Source: Eledone cirrhosa (Eukaryota). Taken from it: a stretch of 64,000 nucleotides of DNA. Below are positions 25,130 to 38,245 of the stretch, one piece after another (positions within the stretch are counted from its first letter, which is position 1; each line of letters begins with the position of its first letter). A model generated the notes under the pieces. The model was given only the letters and a program-made list of their open reading frames with translations. It did no database searches and had not been told where the DNA came from. Position numbers and translations under genes: made by a program. The DNA is taken from contig OZ024743.1 of the NCBI GenBank assembly GCA_964016885.1, positions 295,864,001 through 295,928,000 on the forward strand, written 5' to 3'.

Positions 25130-28100
25130 TTGCTCAGGTACTCCCACCAATCCTGAACGACCCGACGCTTCGAGAGCACCCTGGAAGAGCACCCCCTCTC
25201 CTCCTTAAATTTACCGACCTGCAGCCGCATGACCAGAGTAGGCCCACTCACACGGGCCATTGTCGCCACATTCACCCACCTTTCAACAAATGTACTGGGG
25301 GGCAGCACTTCTCTCTCCACCCTCACCTTCCTCTCAAAGTGAAACTTGAAAAGGTTGATGAGGGATTGGCCGAAGAGAAAAGTATCTGTCTTCAGTCCTT
25401 TCAACCTCGTCCACCATACAACCTCTTTCGCTACAGCCACCAGACAGAGGAAAATTGCCTGCCCTTCCTGGCCAAAAGAAGGCGGCGGTTCGATCTTCAC
25501 TATCGACTCGGCCGATAGCCGGATCCGTTCTACACGACAACAACAGCTGTTCAGCATAAATCCACAAGTCAGTAATGCACGGACCATGGACGAGTGCGTG
25601 CAGAACGATTTCGTCGCTCTGCGCGCATCTCGGGCAGGTCCGTCTGACAGCACTTCCGTGCCTGTAGAGTTTATCTCGAACCGGCAGTGGCCCCCGGTAG
25701 CACTGCCAAGCGAGGGATTTTTGGAAATTATCCATCGTCCCCGGCTTGAAAGTCCTCCGGTACAGACTGGTTAGTTCGACTTCGTTGACTCCCAGAGCCT
25801 CTCCGAGTGCGTCGTCGCACATCCCACCACTAATCCTCTATAGAACTCGAGAGTGGAAGTTCCACTGACCGCATTGCCCGCCTGGTAGAGGGCAGTGAGT
25901 GCCTGGCAACATTCCAGATGCCAGTTACCCAGTCTCGGTCTCTTCTTGACCCAGGACTGCAGCTCAGTCAAAGAAACGAGCTGCGGAAAGGCCCGTCTGA
26001 CAAACGGCGACTACACCTGTTCACCGTTTAGGCAGAATATCTGGAGATGCCGCAGTCTCAGCGCATGCCTGCGCATCATTAGCCACGGCATGCCCAGCCC
26101 TCCACGTAGAGGGTGCTGGCAGCAGATGGACCGCCTCACCAGCGGAACCTGACCCCTCCACAAGAATTTGAAGAGGAGCCGCTCCAAGATGGCGAGGCGC
26201 AAACGTGGGCAAGGGACGACGGTCAGACGGTAATAGATGACGGACGCGATGTACGCATTCGCCACCTCCGTCCGACCTTTCAGTGATAGCTTCATCCCAA
26301 CCATTTCTGGGTGAGAATGGCTAACCTGCCCGTCACCTCGTCCAATTCTTATCCACCTGGAGGTCTGGCCCGAACCAAATCCCTAGCAACTTTACCGTCC
26401 GTCCGTCCAGCGCCTAATGACGCTGTTGGACGGCATGGACTTGCCTCTCCAGGTGCCGAGTTGCAAGCCCACCGACTTTTCCGGGTTAAGTTTTGCTCCC
26501 GTCAACCTTTCATATTCCTCCAATAAGTTGCCGACCACCTCGATTTCTGAGGTGTCCGACACCATAACGGTGATGTCGTCCGCATAAGCCGACACAGCCT
26601 TTCCGCGTCCCGGTTCGAGCGGGATGCCCAGCAACATCTCCAGCTTCCGCAGTAAAGGCTCAAGAGTCAATATGTACAGAAGGGAGGAGAGAGGGCACCC
26701 TTGACGGACCGATAGGGAGACCTGAAACGGTTCCGAGAGGTGGCCATTAATTTTGACCATCGAGCAGGTGCCGCTGTGCATTGCAGCGATCCAGCTTATG
26801 AAGACGGGGCCGTGGCCAGCCGCCTTGAGGACGACCTCTAGGTACCGATGGTTGACCCTATCGAATGCTTTCGATTGATCTAAATTGATCAGAGCCCCAC
26901 CGAAGCCAGGTTTACGCCCAACCCTCTCTATGATGTATCGCATTTCGTGGAGGTTTGCGCCTCCCCAACCAAATCCCTGACGACAAGCGCCAAGCTCTTC
27001 GCTAATAACCCTGGCCCAAATCTTAAACTCTGTGTTGAGCATCGTTATGGGCCTGAAATTGTCTAATGTGTCCCTCTTGTTCTCGTCTTTCCTTATCAGC
27101 GTCACTACGCCCCGGCTCACAGAACTGGGAATACTCCCGTTTTGCTGCCAGTTGCAGTAGAGGGCTTCGAGGAGATTGGAGAACAAGTCTGGCATATTTA
27201 CGAAAAGCTCGTAGGGCAGACCATCCAAACCGGGTGACTTGCGCCTCATGCAGCCGACAATGGCATCCTGAATCTCGGCTGAAGTAATTGGCCTTTCGCA
27301 CAGCCCAGCGTCAGGCATCGAGAGTTGCGGCAAGCCATCGAGGTAGGGACTGAAGTCCGCCACTATCTCTGACCCGCCACTTCCCCCGAACAACCGAGCA
27401 AAATGTTGGCGAAAGGCCTCACACATCCTCTTGGAATCGCCCAGTTCGTGTCCGTCTAGGTCCGTCAAAGACCGAATCGTGGTTTTATTATCACGCTGCG
27501 CCTCTGCCACGCGGGCCCATCGAACAGCTTTGGTTTCCTCGTTTCTCAGAGCACGCGCCTTATATCTGACAATGCAACCTTCGTGTTTCGCATTGAAGAA
27601 ATGATCTAACGCCATTCTCGCCGCTAGCACATCAGTTGCGATGCCACTACAAATAGCCTCGTCTAACTTATCATCCAACTCCCCCTCCTTTCTATTTTTC
27701 TCTAACGCTACTTCTTTGCTAAACTCTATCGACATTACTCTAATCTCTCTTTTGAGAGCCCCCCACAATCTATTGTTGACGACTCCCCTTGTCAACTTTT
27801 AATTAACTAAATTGTTGACCTGGTCCCTGTAAGCCTTACGTGCCGGAAATGACATGTTTAGCTTCCAGTAACCAGGTCCTAATCTACGCGTCTTATCTAG
27901 GTCAGATCACAAGTTTGTGATCTGAATAGGCGACCGTTTGAAAACATGGACTGCTTACACTATTTCTGTTTATTTTCCTAATGAATATCCTGTCTATATA
28001 CGATTTAGATGAGCCTATGCGGTTAGCCCAGGTCCACACTGGCGCATTAGGGAAATCTAGTCGGTATCTGTCAGACAGTTAGAACTGGCTGATCAGGTTC

Positions 28101-28596
28101 TTGAGGCTTTTGCACCCCCGGCTCCTATCGGATACTCCCACACAGTCCCAGCGTGTGTCTAAGATGCCGTTCCAGTCCCCCGCTAACAGTAAAGGGCGAG
28201 ACGTACCCAGAAAGGCTTCCATGCATCTAAAGAAGTCTGGCCGTCCTGCCCCAGTAGGAGCATAGACGGCCACCAGGCTAAAGGCACCACCTTCGTTATT
28301 GTTCACGTCCAGGACCACCAACTTCCCGTCCGGGTCCCGGAAGATCGACCTAACCTCGAGATCCAGGCCTTTCCTAAACAGCACTGCCACCCCGCCTCCC
28401 ATTCCCGGCAGGCTAACAGATGCAAAGATCTGATAGTCGTCGAAATGGGGGCTAGTGCACGCGTGTCGGAAATCCTGGTCTCGCTGACGGCAATTACATC
28501 CATTTCTATAGATCTGAGGTTGTTGAGCAGGTGATCCTGCTTCCAGGACGATCCCAGGCCTCGAACATTTAGGCATCCTACTCTTAATACGGCCAT
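25130..28596 (-). pseudogene. Tx1-like ORF2 (APE endonuclease - reverse transcriptase), several frameshifts
   Basis: ORF pieces 28303-28596, 28079-28576, 26392-27795, 26011-26304, 25771-25971, 25334-25822 and 24892-25653. Confidence 0.9.
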
Positions 28597-28627
28597 GTTG
28601 GCAGGTTAAAAAGAGAGAGTGGAAGGT

Positions 28628-30046
28628 TTACTTACCTTCCGGGCTCTTGTGAAGGTCGGGTTGTTCGACCTCCATAGTTAGTGGGGTTTCTTTTGGGAAC
28701 CCCTTTAAAAGTCTTAAAGTGGGTTTTACGTTCGGGATTCCCACGTCCCGAGGAAAGCTGTCTCGTATTTCTTTGAATAAATCGATCGACATTCGCACCA
28801 GAACCAAATCTTCCGGCACGCGAAATGTGCTCGATTTAAAATTTTCCTCCTGTTTTTGTATATTTTCACTTCGTTCTACGAGGGCCATCAGTTTCTTGTT
28901 GGCGCTCCTGATGAGCACGAAGTTTTGTATGTTTTGTTGGTGTTATTTTATTTGTTTGCGTCGACTCCTTGCCACTTTCAGCAGTTGAGGGCAGAAGGCT
29001 CGCAAATGGGTTTTTCCCCCACAAACAAAACACTGCAGCCTTTTGCCTTCGGTCATAATGTGAATGACCGTCCGATTCTGAAGGCGGATGTAGTCCGGGA
29101 TTGTCTTCACATTCTCGGGCCTGATCTGGAGAAGGATCTCCAGGTCAACCCCGGACCAGTCCTCTCTGGCAGTTCTGGTCACTTCTATAGGGACGGTATC
29201 CGTCCCCTCCACAATGACACATCCCAGAAGCCACCACATGTCAAGTCCTGGTGGGATTCTGGGAATGCGGAGACGGGCCGTTCTTTTTCCCATGTGGGAG
29301 GAGTACATTATGACCTTGCAGGTTTTGCAAGGAGTCATAGCGTGTTTCATAGCGAGGGCTTCTGACTTGAACAACACCGAAATGGTGCCGTACTGTCTGC
29401 CCCTCTCTATGTATTCGGTGTCTTCTCTGATGCACCTCAGCGCGACTTCGACATCTGCTTGTGGGATTAAAGCTTCTCTTTTGGTTTGTGCTGAGATGCA
29501 TCTATAATGCACCGTTCTACGCTCCACTGCCTCAATAGCTTCTACCGGGACAGTTAAGTTGGCCCAAGTTTGCTCTTGCTTGCTGGGCCAACTTTTCATC
29601 TTTGTTTGAGAGGTCCATGTTTAAGCATGGCCTCATTTTCGCTGCTGCCGCAGCGAAAGTGTTCTTGTTTTCGTTGGGGGTGTTGTGGTCGTTGGTGTTG
29701 TTGTTAGCACTGTCGCTGTTATCATTGTTGTCTTTGTTGCCTCCGTTGTTCTCGGTGCAGTTGGTATTGTTGGTGTTGGTGTTGTCGCTATTTGTTTTCA
29801 TGTTAGTGGTGTTGATATTGTTGCATTTGTCATTTTTTTTTTGTTATCTGTATTTTCGTTGTCGTTGTTACTGTCATTTTTTTCAAAATTAGAGTTCTCA
29901 TTGGTATCATTGGTGTCTTTGTTTACATTGTTTGTGGTGGTGTTTGTGTTATCAATGTATGTTAATTTCGCTGTAGCGCTCCTCTCAACTTCTACGTCAT
30001 TGTAGCACGACAGCAGACATATCGCTGCGGGGCGTGGCTCAGCCAT
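28628..30046 (-). pseudogene. Tx1-like ORF1 (nucleic-acid-binding, zinc knuckle), frameshifted
   Basis: Overlapping ORF pieces 29798-30112, 29532-29801, 28943-29599 and 28628-28918. Confidence 0.75.
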
Positions 30047-30284
30047 GTTTTTTTTTCCCGTAAATTTTTTAACATGTAAAAAAAGTTCAAATATTTGGGC
30101 CAAAAGGCACAAATATTATACTTTCCCCTTTCCGGGGCAAAGTCTAAGGGCTACACAACAAGAAATATTTAACAACAAATAATTTTAACAGGCAAATAAA
30201 GAGACTTATTGGGAGCGAGCAAAATACGTCCGTTTAGACCAATAATAATAATAATAATAACGACAATAATAATAACGATAATAA

Positions 30285-32280
30285 TAATGATTTCTTTATT
30301 GGCCATAAGGGCTGACATCAAGAAAAATATTACAGACGGCACAGGACGGTTCAGGACGGTACGATGTGGGTTTTGTGCGTGTAAAGATTTTTATTATTTA
30401 TATAAGGAAAGAAAAAAAAAGTCATAGAAACATATATATATATCTATATATATAAAGCTGTGGTTGTCTGTCTGTCTATCGATTTTTGGCACACATCTCC
30501 TCTTAGAATCTCTGACGGAATTGCACTGAAATTGCTATACTTGTACATTGAGCCCTAGCGAAGACATCGGAAAAAAATATTTCAAATTGACCCACCCTAT
30601 GTGACGAAATTGAATCTAATGTATCGATTTTTGAGCGTAAGTGACGAGTTATTTCCCTTCGTTCTGTTAACATTGAGCGTCTTACGTTGTTTTTCTCTGC
30701 GTTGCAGTGTTTACATTTTCGATCTTTGTTAATAAATAACCAGTGCAGTTTTTATCCCCAGCATCCTATTTTGTTATAACATTCGGGTTATCGTTATGTT
30801 TTCTTAACTTCATAAGGCATATTGTTGGTTGAGGGAATATTAATCAAAAACACCACATGCAAGTCTGCACAGTAGACACTACAGTTTTTAAGCCAAAAAA
30901 GAAACTTAACATTGTAACTTTAACACAGCTACTGAGCGACCCCGAGCAACGCCGGGCTTTACTGCTAGTAAACAATAAAAATGAAAATTGAAACAATGAA
31001 AAATTCCCTGATAAGGGGGAAATCTCCGAGGGTTACTCGTGGCGAAAACCACACAAAAAACCACGGCTACCCTGACCACCAGGGCAAGCGCCCTCTCTCA
31101 ATTATTCCATTTCTCAAACTACAGGCGTATATTCTCGGACCATTCTCGCTACATTCACCCACCTTTCAACAAACTTGCTAGAAGGCAGCATTTGCCTCTC
31201 CACCCTGATTTTCCTCTTCAAGTGAAACTTGAAAAAGTTAATTAGGGATTCGCCGAAGAGGAAAGTGTCTGTCTTTAACCCTTTCAACCTTGTCCACCAC
31301 ACAATCTCTTTCGCCATGGCCACCAGGCAGATGAAAACCGCCTGCCCTTCCTCCTCGAAGGAAGACGGTGAGACCATCTGCTCAATGGACTCAGTCGATA
31401 ACCGGATCAGTCCTACACGCGTCAGCAACTGTTCGACATAGCTCCACAAGTCAGCAATGCTCGGGCACTGAACGAGTGCGTGCACGACTGTTTCGTCGCT
31501 CTGCGCGCATCTCGGACAGGCTCGGCTGACGGCACTTCCGTGCATGTAGAGGATATCTCGAACCGGCAACGCTCCCCGGTAGCACTGCCAGGCCAGGGAT
31601 TTTTGGAAGTTATCCATAGGCCCTGGGCTGAAAGTTTTCCCCTCCACTAGTCCTCTATAGAACGCCGAGGTGGATGTTCCACCGATACTGGTGCCTAGCT
31701 GGCAGAGGGCGGTGAGCGCCTGGAGACATTCCAGTTTCCAAGCGCTATCCCTCGGTCTTTTTCTGACGCAGGACTGCAGCTCCGTCAAGGAGACGAGCTG
31801 TAGGAAAACGTGCCTGGCGAACGGTGACCACACCTGTTCACCGTCAAGGAAGCACCAGAGATGTCGCAGCCTCAACGCATGTTTTCGCATCATCAGCCAT
31901 GGCATGCCCAGTCCTCCATGCAACGGGTGTTGACAGCAGATGGATCGTCTGACCATGGGAGCGCGTCCCTTCCACAAAAAGCAGAAGAGGAGGCGCTCCA
32001 TTTTGGTGAGAGTTGGGCCGGGGCAAGGGACGACGGTGAAGCGGTAGCAGATGACGGATGCGATGTACGCATTCGCGACCTCCGCCCGGCCTTTCAAGGA
32101 CAGCTTCCTCTCGACCCATTTCTGGATGAGGGAGGCCACCCTGCTGGTCACCTCGCTCTAGTTTGTCTACATCTGGAGGTCTGGTCCGAACCAGACCCCG
32201 AGCAATTTAACCGGTCCGTCCGTCCAACGCCCCACGACGCAGTCGGACGGCATGGACTTGCTTCTCCAGGTGCCGAGCTG
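30285..32280 (-). mobile_element. Second, 5'-truncated Tx1-like LINE (related subfamily), interrupted by a Helitron
   Basis: It has the same 3' end (tttattggcca.aagggc.gacat) as 24885. ORF 31114-32151 is homologous to the ORF2 C-terminus and has an internal deletion. AAT repeats flank both ends. Confidence 0.9.
30443..30968 (+). mobile_element. Non-autonomous Helitron (~526 bp)
   Basis: Starts TCtatatatataaagc, ends CTAG with a subterminal hairpin cccgagcaacgccggg; inserted between A and T with no TSD. Confidence 0.8.
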
Positions 32281-32321
32281 ATAATAAATAATAGTATATA
32301 CACACACATATACATATATAT

Positions 32322-32385
<64 letters not shown>

Positions 32386-32399
32386 ACACATGATAACAA

Positions 32400-32890
32400 T
32401 TAACAGTGCTGCGATCGAATGTGACTTTTTTAGCCCAGCCAATGATCTAAAATGTCTTGCACAGAGTTGGCAACCAAAACATTCACTGGGAATAGCCGCC
32501 TGTGATTGGAGTTCATGTACTTTTGCATGTCGTTGAGCCCTCCTCCTTATTTACATTCTCTACCATATGCTTGGTAGGCATGATGAGTAGCATCTCCAAC
32601 AGCAGCCTGGTAGTCAACCACTGGTCTCACTTTATGACTGAGAAGTTGACTTTCTAGTCCAGCTTTGCTGAGGCAGAGTCGCGCACAGAGACTGGAAATG
32701 AAACAGTAATGTTCTTCCTCACATTCTTCTTTACTTTTTCGTATGCGATTCGAGATGCCTCAAAGGCAACTTTCCCTTCATAAACAGTTTTTCTCCATTT
32801 ATTAAGATCAGCAGAAACATTTTTCCATGTATCAGCAGAGATGTTAGCGTCTTTCAAAGAGGCTTTCAACGAATCCTTATACCTCTTTTT
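32400..32890 (-). mobile_element. RTE-BovB-like LINE 3' fragment
   Basis: KRYKDSLKASLKDANISADTWKNVSADLNKWRKTVYEG is a typical RTE C-terminus. Confidence 0.7.
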
Positions 32891-33929
32891 TGGTTTATGT
32901 GGAGGTCATTGTGGAAGTTACCCAAATATTTGTTCACATACATACATACATACATACATGCATGATGGCTGCATCTCAATTGCCACCATCTGATCGCCCT
33001 CTCACAAACAGGCAGCAGAAATATCATTCATTAACTTTTCCAACGATTTCCATTCCTTTCTGCATATGCTGCTGTGATGAACATACATACATACATACAA
33101 TAACATCCATACCTGCACACACATGCATGCAGACATACATACATATCTACCTAGTTGATGTGTAAATTCCAATGAGAGAGCCTTGTATCTATGTTAGAAA
33201 CCGACTCTCTCTCCATTGGCAAACATTTGTGAAATTATAAAACCAGAAGAACATACTTCAAACGTAATATTAACTCTTCTCCGAGTTACTTACATCCCTA
33301 CCATGGTCATACATCCATACAGCTGGCGAATTTTTTTCTCAATGAAACACTACTCCCCATGGCCATTATTCTATCGTTTTCAAATTCTGCCTCAACATAT
33401 CCGTACACTTGTAAAAAGTATACCGTGTATATCGTCATGTAGTGCCCCCTGTCACTCCCATTCGATAACCGTCACTTCCAACAATTTAATTGCTACTTGA
33501 ACATTTATAACATTTATACCAGTTGTTTTGTTCATTCCCTTTCGTCTCTCGCCCTACTTAATTACTACTACTACTATAACTTCCATAAAACGCTGTATAC
33601 AGTTGGCTGTTTTCTTCTCTGCCGTTCTCAGCCTTTGATAACTTGGCTGACGGCAATTTTGACACGAACAATGTTTTTGATCGTATCTGACAGGGGATTT
33701 TCATAGCCTTGTTAGATTCAAACTACTTGCTTGAACAAAGTCTTTGAAGATAATCTTCGATGAGATATAACTACTAGGATTCATTCTGTAGTACAAAATC
33801 GCAATGCTACTCATATCAAGGTTTGTATCTCACTGCCTGCTTACAAACATCACAGACAAACTAAGCTATCCCTGCAAAGATTTCACAATATACCTGATCA
33901 CACAGGCTACCTTCACATATAAAAATACG

Positions 33930-33969
<40 letters not shown>

Positions 33970-34014
33970 TACATACACATACACACACACATACACACAC
34001 GGACGCACACACAT

Positions 34015-34440
34015 TCATTTGGGAAAGTCATGTTAACAATAAAAAATCGTACGCCTCTTTATAATCACTTATGTGTTATTATGCAGTTAATTTATTCATC
34101 AATCAGTTGGCTAAACATCTAATTAATTAATTATCAAAGTTCATTCAAAGCAACCTTTGACCTTATCGATAACGCTTACCCTCTCTGTCTCTTCTTTTCT
34201 CCACTTGATTTCGTTATAAACTTTACTTTGAAAATTTAATAAAGTTAAAGTGGAGAGGAAGAGGGGGGAACAGAAAGCATGAGGCATCGATATGGCATCA
34301 AATTTTGACGGAAGGTCTTTGACAGTTAATTATTTAATAGATTAACTAAGTGGTTGATGGATTAATGACTTAATGAATAATAAAACCGTAGCGGAACTAG
34401 AACGACGTGTGTTTTATTTGGTAACATTACATAACCTGAA
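34015..34440. repeat. Old diverged fold-back of the same PLE pLTR family as 38072
   Basis: tttgggaaagtcatgttaacaataa resembles tttgggagggtcatgttgccaataag; gacggaaggtctttgac resembles the hammerhead gacgaaagaactttgac; arms are imperfectly inverted. Confidence 0.55.
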
Positions 34441-35196
34441 AAATACTGCTATATCTGATTCAACACACGATTTCATGTGAAGAAGCATGCTAAACAAATA
34501 CAAAGTGGAAGGGAATCTCCCAATGTAACCGCAAATATTTATTATTCCTCATGTGTATTTATTTTAGAGGTAAACACAATACCAATGTGCCGAACAATCT
34601 GCACAACAGACTTGTTGGAAGTGGTCATTTGTGCGATACAACGCACACTCCCAACATTATAGCAATCCCACCAAGCTTGCTTGAAGAGTGGGTGATGTTT
34701 GGATACAAAGAAAGAGATCAGAGGAACACAGCAAAGTTAATGACCATCCAATTGGATGTACATATGTATATGATTTGAGGACCGATATGATGTTGGATTC
34801 TATAGTCTTGTTAAGATTACCAAAGCGTGTTCATATATATATATATAAACACCAACGTGTGTGTTCCCTGTAAATTAGTCAGACCTGGCTTATCACATGT
34901 ATGGTGTGACGTCACAAAAGGTTTGAGGATTACTACTACATAACCTATGTGAACCAACCTGGTGTATTAGATAGTCATACGGAACTTTCCATGTCCAGGG
35001 AGGCGAGCACTCACTGACGCAGCGTTACCTGCCTAATTATGTCATGTATAATAAAATCCAATTACACTTAAATTCCTGTCTGATGACAATACATCAAATA
35101 ATTGTTACATAATAGTTTTGTTGTTCTTGCAATGTAGATTAAAGACAGATGTATCTGTGATACCGTCTGTCGTTTTATATATATATATATATATAT

Positions 35197-36330
35197 ACAA
35201 TGGCGAACTGGGTCTAAAATTATTGGTTGCCAGAAGATGAAGTGGACCCACCTATATATCGAATGCTATCATTTAATTTTCATAATGAATGAATAACATT
35301 TTCGAAAAATACGTAAGTGGAAACAAAACAGTGCAATCAAATTTTTGCGGAAAAATATCTTACCTGCTCCCTCCCAAAAAATTATGTATTTTGCAAAATC
35401 CAGAGACTTTCAAATGACCAAAAGTCAAACTCTAAATAGTACTAATAGCTTTAGGAAAGCCATGAATGACACGACATCTTTTTAACTTTGATTTTGAAAG
35501 TAGGTTTAAAATTATCAATTTTCATTATACTTTCGTAGCTGTCTCGGGGGTCTAGTTGGAGGAATCATTGACGGTAGTGTTCCTTGTCTGAAGTTCCTGG
35601 TCGGGAGTAGGGTTCCTAGTAAACCTTTTCAGTTTTTTTCTATGGGTTGTAAAATAAAAACGGAAAAAGTTTACATGTGCCTGTTGACCAGGATTGAACC
35701 CAAGGCGAGGATCTCCACGGTCTCTTGTACCTACCGCTTGGCCACAGAAACAACTACGACAATCTTATGAAAATTCATACATATAAACCTACTTTCAAAG
35801 TGTTGCCATATCGTTCATGTCTGTCTTAATGTTATTGCTCCTACTTATGGTCGACGTCTAAATCCTTTGTATGTTCCATAAACTACATCCTCATTTTGTT
35901 TCACATCTATCTAGATTCTATTTTCACCTGTTATCCATGTTTTATTTCTGTTCCACTTCATTTCCTCTCCCCCTCCTCTCTCTCTCCCCTCTCTCTCTTT
36001 CTTTCTGTGATATTTGAATCTGCTATGATTTGGGCTTACTTTATTCCTATATATATATTGTGGTTTGTCAGATTCAAACTTACAATGATTGGCATTATAT
36101 ATATATTTATACAGTGGAAGACAAGGTCTAAAAATATTGTTTGCCAGACGAAGGGGGCCCACCTACATATAGAATGCTATCATTTAATTTTTACAATGAA
36201 TAGGTAACATTTTCAAAAAATACATAAGTGGAAACAAAACAGTGTAATCAAATTTTTGCGGGAAAATATCTTACCTTCTCCAAGAAAAAATAGTATGTAT
36301 TTTGCGGAATCCAGAGACTTTCAATAATGA
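35197..36330. mobile_element. DNA-transposon-like relic: two ~220-bp direct repeats (35197-35420, 36111-36330) and an internal fold-back with tRNA-like arms
   Basis: Repeats start ta|ca(a/g)tgg, a Tc1/mariner-like end. A minus-strand tRNA-like segment at 35678-35747 has A-box TGGCCAAGCGG and B-box GGTTCAATCC and lies inside an inverted repeat (35440-35545 / 35745-35850). Confidence 0.5.
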
Positions 36331-36370
36331 CCTTTGATCTTTCACACTCACTCTCTCTCTATATATATAT

Positions 36371-36436
<66 letters not shown>

Positions 36437-36445
36437 CTGTGTATG

Positions 36446-36627
<182 letters not shown>

Positions 36628-36710
36628 CACCACCTTCACCACTAATTGATTTGACAGATGTCTTTAACCCATTGATACCAAATATTATTTGGTCAGTAGT
36701 GCGTGTGTAA
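36628..36710. repeat. ~80-bp (TA)n-flanked module; inverted copy at 40968-41057
   Basis: caccactaattgatttgacagatgtctttaacccattgataccaaa…gtgcgtg is reverse-complemented at 40968-41057. Confidence 0.8.
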
Positions 36711-36751
36711 GTATATAAATATATATTATATATATATTTATATATATATAT

Positions 36752-37586
36752 GTTAACTTCGGTCTTCCTCTTCCAGTGTGTCCATGCAGGGGCTCCCACA
36801 GGAGCACTGAATGCAGTGTCAACTCTGGATGTCGTTGAGCATGTCCAGATAACCTCAGTGTCTTATTTGTAACTTTTGAGCAGACTTTTGGGAGGCTCCC
36901 GTACAGCTCTGAGTTCTTCATCCTCAGTGTATACTGATTAATGTTCAGAGCCATCCTCAGCATTCTCGTGTAGCACCCATCCACCATCTGAGTGAGTTTC
37001 TTGGCCAGTGTCCAAGTCTCAGACCCTTACAGCAGCTCAGGCTCCACTACAGCAACGAAGAGGCGGTTCTTCAGGTCTTACGAAGGTCCGACTTCCACAC
37101 TGAAGTTAACATATGTTGATGACCTAAGGACAGACACTGGTCTGATGGAGACACAGGACATGTCAGAAATAATTGTTTCTACTTTAGGTACAAGGCCAGC
37201 AATTACCCAGTGCATTACTGGTACTTTATTTTATCGACCCCGTAAGGATGAAAGGCAAAGTCAACCTCGGCGGGATTTGAACTCAGATCCCTTTACGATC
37301 TGAGTTCAAATCCCGCCGAGGTTGACTTTGCCTTTCATCCTTACGGGGTCGATAAAATAAAGTACAAGTAATGCACTGGGTAATTGCTGGCCTTGTGCCT
37401 AAAGTAGAAACAATTATTTCTGACATGTCCTGTGTCTCCATCAGACCAGTGTCTGTCCTTAGGTCATCAACATATGTTAACTTCAGTGTGGAAGTCGGAC
37501 CTTCGTAAAGACCTGAGGATCCGCCTCTTCGTTGCTGTAGTGGAGCGCTGGAGAAAACTCGTCCATGGATCTTGGGAATCTTACCC

Positions 37587-37590
<4 letters not shown>
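36752..37590. mobile_element. RTE LINE 3' fragment fused to a SINE fragment, forming a ~250-bp near-perfect hairpin
   Basis: Minus ORF DGCYTRMLRMALNI…RLSGHAQRH…LLWEPLHG…GRPKLTY is RTE-like. About 37040-37289 is inverted at 37297-37545 around a 7-nt loop. Confidence 0.85.
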
Positions 37591-37664
<74 letters not shown>

Positions 37665-37714
37665 AAGAATGAAGTGTAACATGGTTGGCTGTACAATAAG
37701 GGGCTTTATTTAAG

Positions 37715-37825
37715 GTACTGACAATTATTTCGTTGATCAGGTGAGTCTAGAGTTTGCTGATCGCTTGAGGTTGCCTCACTAGATCTCCAATACATTATTT
37801 ACCTCTGGTCAACACATCAGAGTAC
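37715..37825 (-). ncRNA. Degenerate hammerhead with extended stem II in a (TA)n-flanked PLE remnant
   Basis: gtact-CTGATGt-gttga…tcaac-GAAAT-AATT-GTC-agtac. Confidence 0.6.
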
Positions 37826-38245
37826 ATAGATATGAAAATAATTCACTTGTGGCAGGACACATATATATATATATATAAGAGAGTATTGAAGTTTGCTTGA
37901 AGCATTGTGGAATAATAAGGTAAATTTCTTTAAGTCGTTTGGAAGCCTCGACAATGCAGATGGGCAAATCTCCGGATAACAAGATCCGGTGGTGGAGAGA
38001 GAGATGTAAGTCGGTGTACGTTGAGATGCGTGGCGTGTATAAGACGTGTAGAGGAATATATATATATATATATATTGTTATACTTTGGGAGGGTCATGTT
38101 GCCAATAAGAAACACACGCACTAGTTGCTTTCACTTCAATTTATTATAATAAATTTATAAATTTAGGAATTTATAAATTTCCGGTTGGTTGGTTGGTTCC
38201 ACAGCCAGATGGTTGTTTATATATTGTCAAAGTTCTTTCGTCACT

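Larger units (their letters stand above)
24885..30240 (-). mobile_element. Full-length (~5.35 kb) Tx1/L1-clade LINE, frameshifted
   Basis: ORF1 has an Asn/Thr-rich N-terminus and a CCHC knuckle (CFVCGGKTHLRAFC). ORF2 has APE (LNVRGL, VYAP, AGDWN), RT (SPGLDGLP, FRPITMLN, DQSKAFDRV, RQGCPLS, YADD) and a C-terminal CPRC…H motif. (AAT)n on both sides. Confidence 0.93.

Noticed and set aside
35678-35747. Functional tRNA gene
   Set aside because: A and B boxes are present but I cannot form a proper cloverleaf; likely a tRNA-derived repeat
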